A stretch of DNA of 48,156 nt, the filler included, from Sphacelaria rigidula (Eukaryota), in NCBI GenBank assembly GCA_964200075.2. It is 2 parts of 2 records of this genome, joined end to end, with 100 filler letters (N's around TTAATTAATTAA, not from the genome) between each part and the next. Parts side by side here need not be neighbours in the genome. Positions count along the whole stretch, not along the records: positions 1 to 24,032 come from CAXNAA020000229.1; 1 more part is not named here. One strand, given 5' to 3'. The notes under the pieces were generated by a model. It ran no database searches, was not told the origin of the DNA, and was given only the letters and a program-made list of their open reading frames with translations. The stretch's first letter is position 1, and the number at the start of each line of letters is the position of its first letter. A program made the translations under genes and the position numbers. Positions 1-10,700 of this stretch are shown one piece after another.

Positions 1-695
1 CCCCAATTGCTCCGTCTCGAATGGGATGCGTGGTCAATGGTCAAATGACTAAGGCAAGCAGCAAATGAGTACGCCCCCCCCCCCACCCCCAACTGGCCTG
101 TGGCAGGCTCTTGTGCTCATGTCGGGTAAAATTATCGATGAATAACACCCCCCAAGTTCAAATTTGATCATCTGTTATTTTTGCCGCGCAGCGCACCGTC
201 CTTGCTGGCATGTGTGTGACAGAGAACAGTAGTAGCGGTGACGGGAACATTGCCCAGTTTTTCAGCGCACAGAAGCGCGGCCTGTCCAACAAGAGAGGCA
301 GAGAGAAATTGATCTTCGCATAAAGATACGAAATCTGTCCGCAGCTCGATGTGCTTTGGGGATGCCTACAGGCACATGAGAAATTCGGCACGTGCTGGTA
401 ACATGCATGATGCCAGTCTCTCGAGCGATTGGTAATCGCCCAGCGAGGGCACACGGACATGGGCGAGGAGCTTCCTCTCTGTCGTTGCTTCTCTCTCTGG
501 TGATATCGTCATCGGCACGCGTGTACACCGCAGTCGTTATGTGCATTTAGCCACAAATGATGATTCACAGTTGCGGAGTTTTGGGGGGAAAGATGGTTTC
601 GCTCTGTGTTACTGTTTCGCGTCGTCCCTGCAAAAAAGATATGCCAGTTGAACCTCATTTTCCAGATTAACCTCATTTTTCAGGATCCGCTGTTA
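1..695. repeat. Dispersed repeat ending GTTGAACCTCATTTT...GCTGTTA (family also at 24133-24197 and, inverted, 36221-36620)
   Basis: 150-320 aligns to the reverse complement of ~36360-36545 (GAGAACAGTAG..GGTGACGGGAACAT, AGAGAGGCAGAGAGAAAT). All three copies share the terminus GxATCxGCTGTTA. Confidence 0.7.
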
Positions 696-811
696 GTACC
701 AGTTTTCTCCCAGAGACCACTACAAACTCCCATCTGCCGTACTAACCTCGAGCGAACCCCGATCCCCGACCGCCGCCAACATACACTGCGGAAGACGCCC
801 ACGCCGTCGCT

Positions 812-1104
812 ATGGACACTCAGCAGCGACCGCCGAACACACTCGCGTACGCCTATTGCCATGGCTTCCTCAGCGGCCCCGGCTCCGTGAAAGGGCAGGA
901 GCTCCGCAAGAGCATGCTCGAGGGCGGCGTGGATATGACGTTATTGAACCTCAACGGCGCCGAAAACGATCCAGGTGCTATCACGTGCTCGGGGGCTGTG
1001 CAGGCTGTTCGAGATTTCCACCTCGAAAAGAAGGCCGCCGCTGGAGATCCCGAGCTGAAGCTCCGGCTCGTCGGGAGTAGTCTCGGGGGATATGTCGTGG
1101 CGAG
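812..1104 (+). CDS. Exon 1 of YqiA/YcfP (UPF0227)-like alpha/beta hydrolase-CYTH fusion gene
   Basis: ATG at 812. Translation has HGFLSGPGSVKG (oxyanion-hole region, cf. YqiA HGFxSSPxSxK) and the nucleophile elbow GSSLGGYV. Donor GAG|GTTTGT at 1104/1105, phase 2. Confidence 0.85.
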
Positions 1105-1507
1105 GTTTGTTCACGTTTGTGGTTCATGGTTTGCACATCGCGATCGCAGTGATAGTCGTGTTAGTGCTGCCGCGTTGCGTTGATTACATACTTTACGGTC
1201 GATATTCAGAGCCACCTTCTGCAGAAGCCAGAGCTTGCTGGTCTTGTCCATATATGATCCCCCAAAGTATGTTGTCAATTAAATTCTCTCCCTTCGCTAT
1301 ACACCTGTTTTCCTCCCTTCAGCTTTTGCTTTCGAGTTTTTTTGTTTCCGAAGCCTACCGCAGTAGCTGTCAAGCAATTATGAAAGTCGTGGTCATGGCC
1401 GGAAGTCAGGCAACCCTGGGGATTCAAGCAGCACCTGTTCAAAATGCTAGGCTGAGACGAATGTTAGGAATTACTTGCTCTTCTGGAATTACTATGAATG
1501 TGGCCAG

Positions 1508-1638
1508 GTACGCCGACTTGTACCCAGATGAGGTGGATCGCATCTTTATGCTTTGTCCTAGCTTTGGGCTAGCGACACGGGTTCCCAAAATCGCAAGCGA
1601 AGAAGACATGAAGTCATGGGAACGAGATGGGGCAAGAG
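1508..1638 (+). CDS. Exon 2 of hydrolase-CYTH fusion gene
   Basis: CAG| acceptor at 1507 and GAG|GTGAGA donor at 1638/1639. Phase-compatible with exon 1; reads (R)YADLYPDEVDRIFMLCPSFGLATRVPKIASEEDMKSWERDGAR, the helix-strand that follows the nucleophile. Confidence 0.85.
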
Positions 1639-2041
1639 GTGAGAGAGGAGCCGAGACCGCCATAGTACTAGCACTCTCATCCGTCTGGATAGCGCTGGGT
1701 AAATACTGCACGTGGGCATACACCCATCCATCTCAAGCGAATGGGTCATGCTTTGCCTCATTCGAATACACATCTAGATTGCATGTCTCCTTTGCCGTCT
1801 GCCATCATTTTGCTGTGCATCCCCACCCGAGCTGGGCTCACAAGGGCACAGCGCGACTGTGTGACATTGCGGGTGCAACGGGGCTCAAGAGTTTAGATGG
1901 CTTCGCAGTGCTGGGTACGTACAAGCGGCCAGTGTGAATGACATAACCAGTCGTACCTGACTCGTTCCCCTCGCTCCTCGGCTCGTGTCGGCTGTGACTA
2001 CAACTTTGCTTCCCCCCCATCCTCCGTCCGTGCGGATCCAG

Positions 2042-2207
2042 AATTCCCCTTGTCTACCGGTGGGATTGCAAGCGTCCCGTGGACGTTCGTACAAGACGCT
2101 TTATTACAGCCCGACTATCCTGAATATGTCTGTCCTGCTGCAATCGTGCACGGTCTGCAAGACGAGATTGTACCGGTGCAATCGACTAGGGCGCTTGTCG
2201 AAGGAAG
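2042..2207 (+). CDS. Exon 3 of hydrolase-CYTH fusion gene (catalytic Asp)
   Basis: Pyrimidine-rich acceptor ending CAG at 2041 and donor AAG|GTGAGT at 2207/2208. Reads (E)FPLSTGGIASVPWTFVQDALLQPDYPEYVCPAAIVHGLQDEIVPVQSTRALVEG, containing HGxxDxxVP. This frame is not in the supplied ORF track. Confidence 0.85.
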
Positions 2208-4278
2208 GTGAGTCTACGAGCGACAACGTGGTGTGCACTCTCGTTACCCCCCCAGCGGGCATAGACAAAGGTCATCACTTTTGCTCACGAGCGTGTTGGC
2301 TTCTCTCATGGAGTAGTAGTGTGATTAAGCTTGATTGTATCACACTGATGAAAAGAGATGCAACTTTTGACGACAGAGCATAGTGTGTATCGCTTGTCGC
2401 CATGTTTTGGATTGGTGAAGTAAGGTGGCCGACGGCCTGCTGCTCGGGGCAAGTACTTCGATGAAATATTCGAACCATCTTCCAACCACCAATGGGATGA
2501 TACGATTAGTGGTCAGCCAATCGGGCAGTATAGTCCACACCGTTCTGTGTGAACTACCTAGCAATTGTTAATAACCTGTGTCCCATTCGTTGCAGTGTTG
2601 CTCTGGGGTGTAGGGTGCCAGGATTGAGTGCACCACGAATTACTTTGCAGAGGACGTGGCCTTGTAAAAGCGCAGGAAATCAAAATTGCTGACATATGCA
2701 GCGCTAGGTTTGATGATGAACTGCCCGCCGCACACTGCACGGCACAGAGGACTAATGACATACCTAAAAACGTTGTTAGGAGCTCTCCGACCTAACACAC
2801 CCTCGGCCATCGCTCGTCTGTCGGCGACTGTACGCTCGCCGACTGAGTTTGGTTGCCCCAGGACACGCTGCGCGCGCAGACACTAGATCGTCGGTACAAC
2901 ACAATTTATGTGGCAGCGCTGGGTTGATCGCATGGTTTATAATTTTTGCGCATCAACTGATGTGCCACGAATCTAGTTGTGATAACAAATTGGGCTGACT
3001 AAAGGAAAATAGATCGAAATACTCGCTGAAAATTACCGAAAAAAAATCGAGAAAAAAGCGAGAATGGAACAGTGAAGAACAAACAAACAAAATCAATTTG
3101 CTGTAAAAGATGGACTAGGAAATAGTACCGGTTCCGAAATTACGCCCGAGAGCCCCCTGGCAGGGCTCAAGGTAGGGGGAGCGTACAAAAAGCAAGGCCA
3201 TGGGAGCAGATACTCTATCTGTAGATCGCACTACGAGGCAGAAATTCTCAACCGCCAGCTCTGCAGAAAGGAAGCCCAGGCCCTGACCTAGCAGGCTAAT
3301 AAAAAAGAAGGAGAAGGGTAATACAAAACAGAAATAAGGGACAGGAGGAAAAACAGTAGACGAGGAGAAGAAGGGAGAAATAAAAAAGGAGTTGAGTGGT
3401 CGTAATGTTGATTTCAGAATTGACGTTTCAAAAACGGTCTGTAGATCTGGGCCGTCAGCATTCCCTATTCCTTATGGCGTGTCACTGTACACCGCATGAT
3501 GCACAATGTGGACGATGTCGCTCGAAAAGCATTGCTTACTTGTCGATCGCAACGTATATCTACGCCCCGCCAAACATGAGCTTCCGCCACGATTTCTGGG
3601 CGCTAGAGCAAAACACGGCAGACGAGCGATGAAGCGGTACTCTGGTTACTTTATTTGCTATTGGCGGTTGTGGCCTGTGTCCAGGTTCAGTGGAGTATGA
3701 CCACGTGAAATCTAAAGTCATCTGTGTGTGTGTGTTTTTTTTTCTTCATTTTCGTACTCGTCCGCGTGTTTGATGAGTCCTGTGGTGACTGTTGTGGACC
3801 GTTTGCGCGGACCGTGGTTTGATGCATTGACACATGAGGCACCTGTTGTTTCCTGCTGACCATCCTTCGCCGCGTAACCAGATATGAACAGGAAAGCACG
3901 ACGTTGCCACTGCACATCCAGCGGCACAACCGCTTGGCTTTTATGATGTTGTACACGGTAGTGCTGATACAGTCTTCATTGGCATCCATACTTTCACTAA
4001 TTTCAGATTCTTACTAAAATGTAGCGATCACAGAGCGGTACAATGCGGTACAGTACAACACAGTGAGTGCAGTAGTGTGCTACTATAGTGCACAGCTCGG
4101 ATGGAGTCAGTGTAGGTCGTAGTTCCCACCTGTTGACGAGGTAACACCTCACCGCATAAGAGAATGTAACCTGCTGTAGATGGGACGACCTACCACGACA
4201 ATCTCAGAACACAAAATGAGCCCCGTTCTCCCTGTCCTGCCGACCGTGGATGGTGCACCGTACACGCGAAAACCGCAG

Positions 4279-4531
4279 CACTCGGTTGGCAAAGATAACA
4301 TCTGCCACACTCGTCGAAGACAACCATGCCCTGACTGCGCCGGCGACGTTGAGTCTCCTGATGAAGATGCTGGCTGAATTTTTCGAACTCGGGGGCAAAG
4401 CCGAAGCTATGTCAGCGTGCCAGGCACCAGAACGTGATGGGGAAGCGGGCACGCAAAAGCCAGGGCCTCCCGCGCGAGCAAACGTTGAGGTGGAAGGCAA
4501 ATTTTCAGCCGAAAACTTGGATCGGGTGAAG
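4279..4531 (+). CDS. Exon 4 of fusion gene: hydrolase His motif, linker and start of CYTH domain
   Basis: CGCAG| acceptor, phase 2 matching exon 3. Reads (S)TRLAKITSATLVEDNHAL...FFEL, a linker, then NVEVEGKF (CYTH ExExK motif). Donor AAG|GTGCAG at 4531/4532, phase 0. Confidence 0.8.
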
Positions 4532-5092
4532 GTGCAGAGCTGTCCAGTTTTGTGGTACAGAAATGTGGTCATTGAGTGTTCTTGATAGTATCTGACGGCT
4601 CCATATACGCGGGTTTGCGAACGTGGTTTCAGTGGCTTCGACGCTTAAGCAGGAAATGTCGACGCCATGCTTCTAGGACATCATGAATCACCTCAATGCA
4701 ACGGGGACCGACCCACCATTTCGATTCTCTAGTTTCCCGGCTTTCACGAACGACCACTTGGTCAAAATCCAGCCAGAAATGAGTTCTGTTGCGGTATTTG
4801 CGGATATTCGCATATCGTCTTCACTTTCTCCATTTCCAGTTGAAACTCGAGCGAGTGAAAACTCGGAAAGGCTTGGAGCCTGGAAATCGGAGAAGGGGGC
4901 CAGCCTCCTTGCAGTAAGATGATGCAGAGTGTTCATGACACGTGGCGGCGATATTAACTGTTTTCAGTCAAAAACGCTGTTGAATGTGTCAAACTGGGAA
5001 ACCTGAAGTAAACCCATATTCCATAAGAAGCGATCTGAGGTGGGCTCCGACGCCCACACCCCTGCCGATAATTAAACACATGTTCAATTCCA

Positions 5093-5390
5093 CCGCGCCC
5101 CGGTGGTGAACCGGTACATCTGACAGCCGGTTAGGGGGGAGGTTGAGGGTTCGGCTCATGACAGACACGGTGCTTTTCCTGAGGAATTGTGTGGTTTCAC
5201 TCGATGAAAGCGTGAAAACGTGAGTAGCAAGGGAAATTTGACCAGAGTCGACGCGGCGCGGGTCTGGTGGGTCTGGCCCAATCCGCGATACCGAAATGTC
5301 TGGTTTGTACAGGGTTAGAGGGGGGTTGATTCCTTGATACTGCGGATTCGTCTGGAGGAAGTGGAGGAGTAGAAAATATGACGAGAGAGA
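5093..5390 (+). mobile_element. tRNA-derived SINE, family 2
   Basis: Head CCGCGCCCCGGTGGTGAA...GGGTTCGGCTC. Body AACGTGAGTAGCAAGG...GTCGACGCGGCGCG is shared (inverted) with 46010-46308. Confidence 0.6.
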
Positions 5391-5608
5391 ACAAGGTTGT
5401 AGGATCTCGCCTTTGTGTCTCCTGCTCCGAGCTCAGCGTAAGATGTGGGCGTCTTGCTGCGCCTCCTCGAGCTCTTACCCGAGAGAAAAGAAGGTAATCG
5501 TCGTTGGCCTCGTCCTTATCTCCGAAGACGTGTGCCATGCCATAAGAGGTAACCCGTGTGTTCCATCCTTGTGCCTGACCCGGGGCTTTGTCCCATATCG
5601 CACGGCAG

Positions 5609-5743
5609 GACGCCATATCCGCACGCGGCGGTAAGCTCGTTGGAGAGCAGGTGTTCACCGACATTTACTGGGATGCACCACAATGCGGGTTGACAGAAAT
5701 GGACTGGTGGTTGCGTTGCCGCGCTGGTCGATGGGAGTTGAAG
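5609..5743 (+). CDS. Exon 5 of fusion gene: CYTH / thiamine-triphosphatase-like domain (partial)
   Basis: GGCAG| acceptor and AAG|GTGCGC donor, 45 codons, phase 0/0. Reads DAISARGGKLVGEQVFTDIYWDAPQCGLTEMDWWLRCRAGRWELK, resembling ThTPase FxDxYYD...WLRxR...WELK. Later exons not found. Confidence 0.8.
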
Positions 5744-6559
5744 GTGCGCTCAGGAGCAGTTTGTGAACCTTTTTTGGACCTTGTCTTCCCGCGACAGTTT
5801 GAGCGTACGTACGCATTGATGCTTGGTGTAGAGTGAAGGCAATTTGATGTCCCTCGGCTAAGACTGTGTTGCCGACGTCGGAACATGCATGTGCTTTGTT
5901 TTGTTCGGCAGCGCTATCTTGGCTACGCCGGCGATAACGTCTCGCTGCGTGGCGCAGCGAAGTGGGGTAGTCTTTGTTGGGTTTTGTCGCAGCGGTGATG
6001 TTCACTTTTTTCTCAAAAATAGTTCAATATTGTTAAGGGTGGGACTGGGGCCCGATTTTGGGTACTGTATTTCGGGAAAATGGATCACGAACGCTATATG
6101 CGTAAGAACTGGACCGTAATCAGGCGAATCATATCAATCCAAAATACATGCGTCACCTAGAAACAACGACCTGGCTCATATAAAATGTACCATAAATATG
6201 GTACATATCTTCAAGCCTGCGAGTGCTCGGTGTTGAGATTATATTGTTCCTCCGGATAACTCCCTCCAGATCAGTGTGTGGAAACTCTTGGTGCACCAGT
6301 GTTAAGCTGTTGTACTACTCGGGAAGCGCACGCCCCCGAGCTGCCACCTCACGTTTACCAACATTGCGAAGACAACAAGACAAGAGCACGAACAGCAGCA
6401 CTTGTGGCCGCCACACATCAACGCATCTGCAGTGAAAGACGTGCCTGACATCGTGCTAGAACGAGAAAGTACGGAAATTTGCATACCATGAGCAGCAGCG
6501 TTGCGCATCCCTTGGGTTCTGTCTCGAAAACGTCTGTGAGAAGACGGCCGTGTTTCATC

Positions 6560-7420
6560 GGTGAACTCGTCCTCGACAAGCCTAGGGTTGAAAGGGCATT
6601 CGCTCATGATAAGTGAGGTTGTCCTTTGTACACGTCCCCACAGAACTGAGCAGCACATGGCAGACCGCCACCAAAGCAAATGTTGTGACATTGGTGCCAA
6701 AAAATAGCATTTTGTCGAAGATGCAAGTTGGTGTAAATCGCATGGTTTACACATTATTTTCAGTATATACAGGCAGTCAGTTGAAACACCGTGGCTCTGC
6801 TGACCTGTTTATACATAGTCAGTGTGTAGTCTAAAATAATAATCGCCCTTGACGCCCTGGTTTCTCCGCTGGAACCCTCAGATCCAACAGTCGAAGTTCA
6901 TGTGTTACGTCGCCCTCTGCAACTCAATACATGAAGGGTACTCGCTGTTGAAAGGCTAATTTGCTCATTGTGCACAGCCGTACAGAACGAAGCAACACCT
7001 GGCGGCACGCCACAAAGTGGAACACCGTCACACACTGCTCGCTGCAAGAGAAAAATATGCAGCCCAAAACGAAGCTGTCGACCGTCGCATAGTTTGCATC
7101 TCACTCTCACATTAGTATAATATAAACAGACAATTACCATGTACATGATCACAACAGTCGCCAGCAGATGTAAGGCGGTGCAAGTACTACAATCGCTCTA
7201 GAAGCCTCGGCTTCTGCCCTGGAGCTCTGACACGAAGCAGCCGCTAGCTTTGTCTTTCTTCTGTGAACTCCCCCTCTGAAATTCGACACTTGAAGGGATA
7301 CTCGCTGTTGAAAGGCGAAATTGCCTTTTGTGCACAGCGGCACAGAACTAATCAGCAGCGCCTGCCGACACGCAACCAAACTGCATGTTGTGACAACTTG
7401 CGGCGAGAAAAAACAATATA
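6560..7420. repeat. Degenerate tandem array, three units with ~350-bp period
   Basis: Core AAGGG..TCGCT..TGA.A.G....TTG.....TGT.CAC......ACAGAAC recurs at ~6592, ~6934 and ~7292. Confidence 0.7.
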
Positions 7421-8933
7421 CGCACCGATCTTTTTCAATTTGCGATGTTGGACCTCTTATAGCGCTAGATACTAATCCTCAACCCAAAAGTGCCGATCGC
7501 GCAACGCGTAGAACTCGGCGACGAAGCAGAGGATTTGACTGCAGTTTCTTGCGTGCGCTTCCCACACACCCAAGCTAGGTCAATCTATTTTACTTTTTCG
7601 TTTGACCGTGATGCTGAGCCGCAACAAACCCAAACGTTCAGAAATGAGGTGTTTTGCGCTCTGGTAGGGGGGTTTCTCGCTGCTGGCGCGACGCCAGGAA
7701 AATGTGAAATAGAATCCCCTAGATCTTGTGTGTATGCGGGGGTGTGTGAAGTGCCGTGGGCTGGCTTGCTTCCTGTGTCGAGAACCGCGCGATCTCCCGT
7801 GCTAGAGCTGTCCCATAGTAAACCAAGTTTATAAGTGATGAAGCGTGCGTTCTGCTCGAGAGGGCCTCGGCACAGGTGTAACCACCTACTGACGTGTTCA
7901 TTATTCCTCCGCACTTCTGTTTTTGTTAGTTTGCCGCTGATTTTTGGTCGTTAGGCCCTCCAGTCCCACCCATAACAGTCGGTGTTGGATACCGGCTGTG
8001 TGCTAAAGCTAAGCGAAACTTCTGCGCGATCTATTTCATGGCATGAATGAAACGTTGTCAAACATTTTGCAATGGATTCCTCGTGCTCTGTAAACCACGT
8101 ACATTTATTTCGTGCTTCATTAGACCATGAGTGCGTACAGTAGCGCAGGAGGTTCCTGCGGTTGATATCAGCAAATATACAAAACGTGGCCGCCTAGGCG
8201 AAGATCGAACCTGAAGTGAAATCGAGTGGAATTCTAAGGCTGTTCTTCTTGCACGCTATCGGACTTCAACCGAAGTGTTTGGCTGGCGAGGTTTATATAG
8301 GCCTACCAAGAGTTTGTAGTGGAACGCTCATTCTCCAGGGTGCGTGCGTTCTCTTCGGAACGTAAGGAGCGATGCATTTCGAGACAAGCTCGCAACATCG
8401 TGACCTGGTCCGCGCGAGGGGATCAGTAGACACCAAAGCGTCCACAAACTTCGCCTCCCCTCACTCCGCACCACATTGTTTTCTCCGAAGCTTAGGTTAC
8501 ACTTCGTTCCCCACATGTGTGACATATTTCAGTCATTCTCACGATTGGCTATACTCGCTGCGTGCTGTATTTTCACCCTGACGAATGGCGGTCAAGTGTG
8601 TAGCGTACAGCTTGATATCCGAAATGTTCTTCATGGGCTACTAGATATGAAGAAGTTTTCACCGGTATGAAAGAAAAATTACGGCGAAACACGGGCAAAT
8701 GTGACAACGCCGTCGAGTCTTGGAAAGTATCAGTAGTGTAGGTGGCGATGGCCGCTAGTTTGGCAGTCCGGGCGCTTCAGAGATTTTCTTTCGCGCGGTG
8801 GTTTTGCACGATATTATTGCGGCCTCACATGGTCGACAGGGTTGGTTGGGGATACGAAGTTCGCCGCTGCGGTTCCATGCGTGTTTCGCGTGTGTTCACG
8901 TGTGTTTGTCTAGCTCAACTGACTGTTGAGAAT

Positions 8934-9022
8934 GTGTTGTGTGTTTTCATCCCATCTATTCTGCACGCCAGTCTACCCCTTTCGGTATATGTGGGCGCAT
9001 CAGCCGGGGTCACACAAGAAGC
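8934..9022 (-). mobile_element. 3' fragment of SINE family 1
   Basis: TCCCATCTATT...GTATATGTGGGCGCATCAGCCGGGGTC matches 38054-38115 and the reverse complement of 41240-41315. Confidence 0.75.
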
Positions 9023-10089
9023 AAATTTCCGCCATACTCCGGCCCGAAATCAAGACACGGACCCAACCACATCCGCACGTGCCGCCTGATTCGTATGTCG
9101 CCCACCAAGTGTGCCACGCCCTTCAGCTGTTGAGCAACAAACAGCCCAGTCGTGTGTCTTGAGCGCAGTATGTACCGCGGCCGGCCCGATCACAGCTACT
9201 GTAGCGAACTGTTGAAAATTGTATCATGGCAACGGCACTGCCCCCGGCTTTTGCACAAATGACTGTACTGTGACGCGCCCATGTGTCTGACAACAGCCTT
9301 TTCTCTGCAGGCGTTGCCTTTCCACCGAAAATAGCTATCGTGAACCCTCGGGTAGTAGGTAGGAAGAGAAGGAGCTAGTTGATCATCGGGCGCTACAAGA
9401 CTTATCCCCTTGGCCACCAGCTTCGTCTTGGAGCAGTATCGCTGCTGACAGTTCAGGGGTTTCCGTGGGGCACGGGACGGAGGGTGGCTTCGGGTTCCCA
9501 GATCGTCGAACAAAGCTCTTCAGGTCAACCACATATCTTTTGAGGATTCGTCTAAGTCAGGCAATTGGCTTGAACGGAGCTGTATGATGATTTCGATAGT
9601 TTCGATCAGTCCAATGATCCATAATTTTCTCTCCAAATCGCAAAAATGTTTCCACTTGGCGGTCAATCTGTAAAATCTGTAGTTGATCATCACTGCAACC
9701 GTCCCAGGAAGAAATCACAATAAAAAGAAGGGATATTTGTTTCTGGTTGCGCCGCGACTTTCGATCTAATTGTTTCCTCTGGTGGCGAGGAGGAAGCTGT
9801 ACACCGTTCTTATACAAGAACTGAGCTAAGATGGAAGCGACGTAGACTCCCTGCAGTGGAGCGATGACACACAAATTGGTTCATGCTGTTGCACTTTTCC
9901 GTTCATGAAAAGAAGTTGCATGCGTGGTTCATGAACAGTTTAGTGGAGGAGACTTGGGACGATGCGAGGTGGTATCCGAAATATGCTCGGTGTGTGTCAG
10001 TACTGCCCCGGAAGTATCCAGGTTGCAAACGCGTAGGCAGAGAGTCTGTGTATATCCCGGTAGGACTGGTGGCTAGGGTATGCCACCTT

Positions 10090-10700
10090 TTTTTTTCTTC
10101 GTTACACTTTCAATCCCTCTTTTTGGTGGGGACGAGTCCGTGGTCTGGAGGGATCAATCCACCTCCCACGCCTTACATTTTGGTATTGCAGGTTGGATCT
10201 GCACTCCCGCACCGCGTTGATTTTCGGCGAACAAACTATCTTCGCTATTGTAGTCTTAACCTTCCTAACGACGGAAATCAGACACTAAAAAACCCCCCAA
10301 ATGCGTCTGCCGAGGTTCGAACATTCATTCTTCGTTCAGGACTGGTTCCAGGTGTGTCAGTTAGCCCACCGCGGTGCGTTTTTTCTTTCCTTTACTTCTT
10401 ACCCCCCACGTTTCTCGGGACATATCCGTGGTCTCAAGGGATCCATTTTTCATTCATCTCTCCCGGTACACGCTTTGATATTTGGTGTCGTGGAGTGGAT
10501 CAGCACTCCCACCCCGCGTGAAGCGTAGTCTAGCAAATTCAGTGAGGTAGACCTTTTTTGTCACACATGCTCTCGCGATTCCAACGACGAAAATTGAAAA
10601 CTCCTGAGAAAAAAGTCAAACTAGATTTATCTCGTGGGAATCGAACCCGCGCTTTTCCCCCTATAATGCTGCGAGTTGTAGTACTTCACCACCGAATAGC
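10090..10700 (-). mobile_element. Two adjacent SINE family 2 copies (~10090-10375 and ~10385-10700)
   Basis: Two tRNA-like heads on the minus strand (B boxes GGTTCGATTCC at ~10637-10648 and GTTCGAACCTC-like at ~10310-10325). Body GAGTGCTGATC...CCACGACA is shared with 46120-46150, and TCCGTGGTCT..AGGGATC occurs twice. Confidence 0.55.

Noticed and set aside
1092-1937. 281-aa ORF as an independent gene
   Set aside because: Only 1508-1638 is protein-like and bounded by splice sites; the rest is intron read-through.
2651-2795. Alternative terminal exon for the hydrolase (TTTGCAG acceptor, phase-compatible, ends TAA)
   Set aside because: It lacks the catalytic His motif, whereas exon 4279-4531 completes the fold.
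9196-9880. Possible decayed transposase ORFs here and at 21254-22031, 39977-40860 and 41813-43388
   Set aside because: No catalytic or family motif was recognisable by eye; a translated search is needed.
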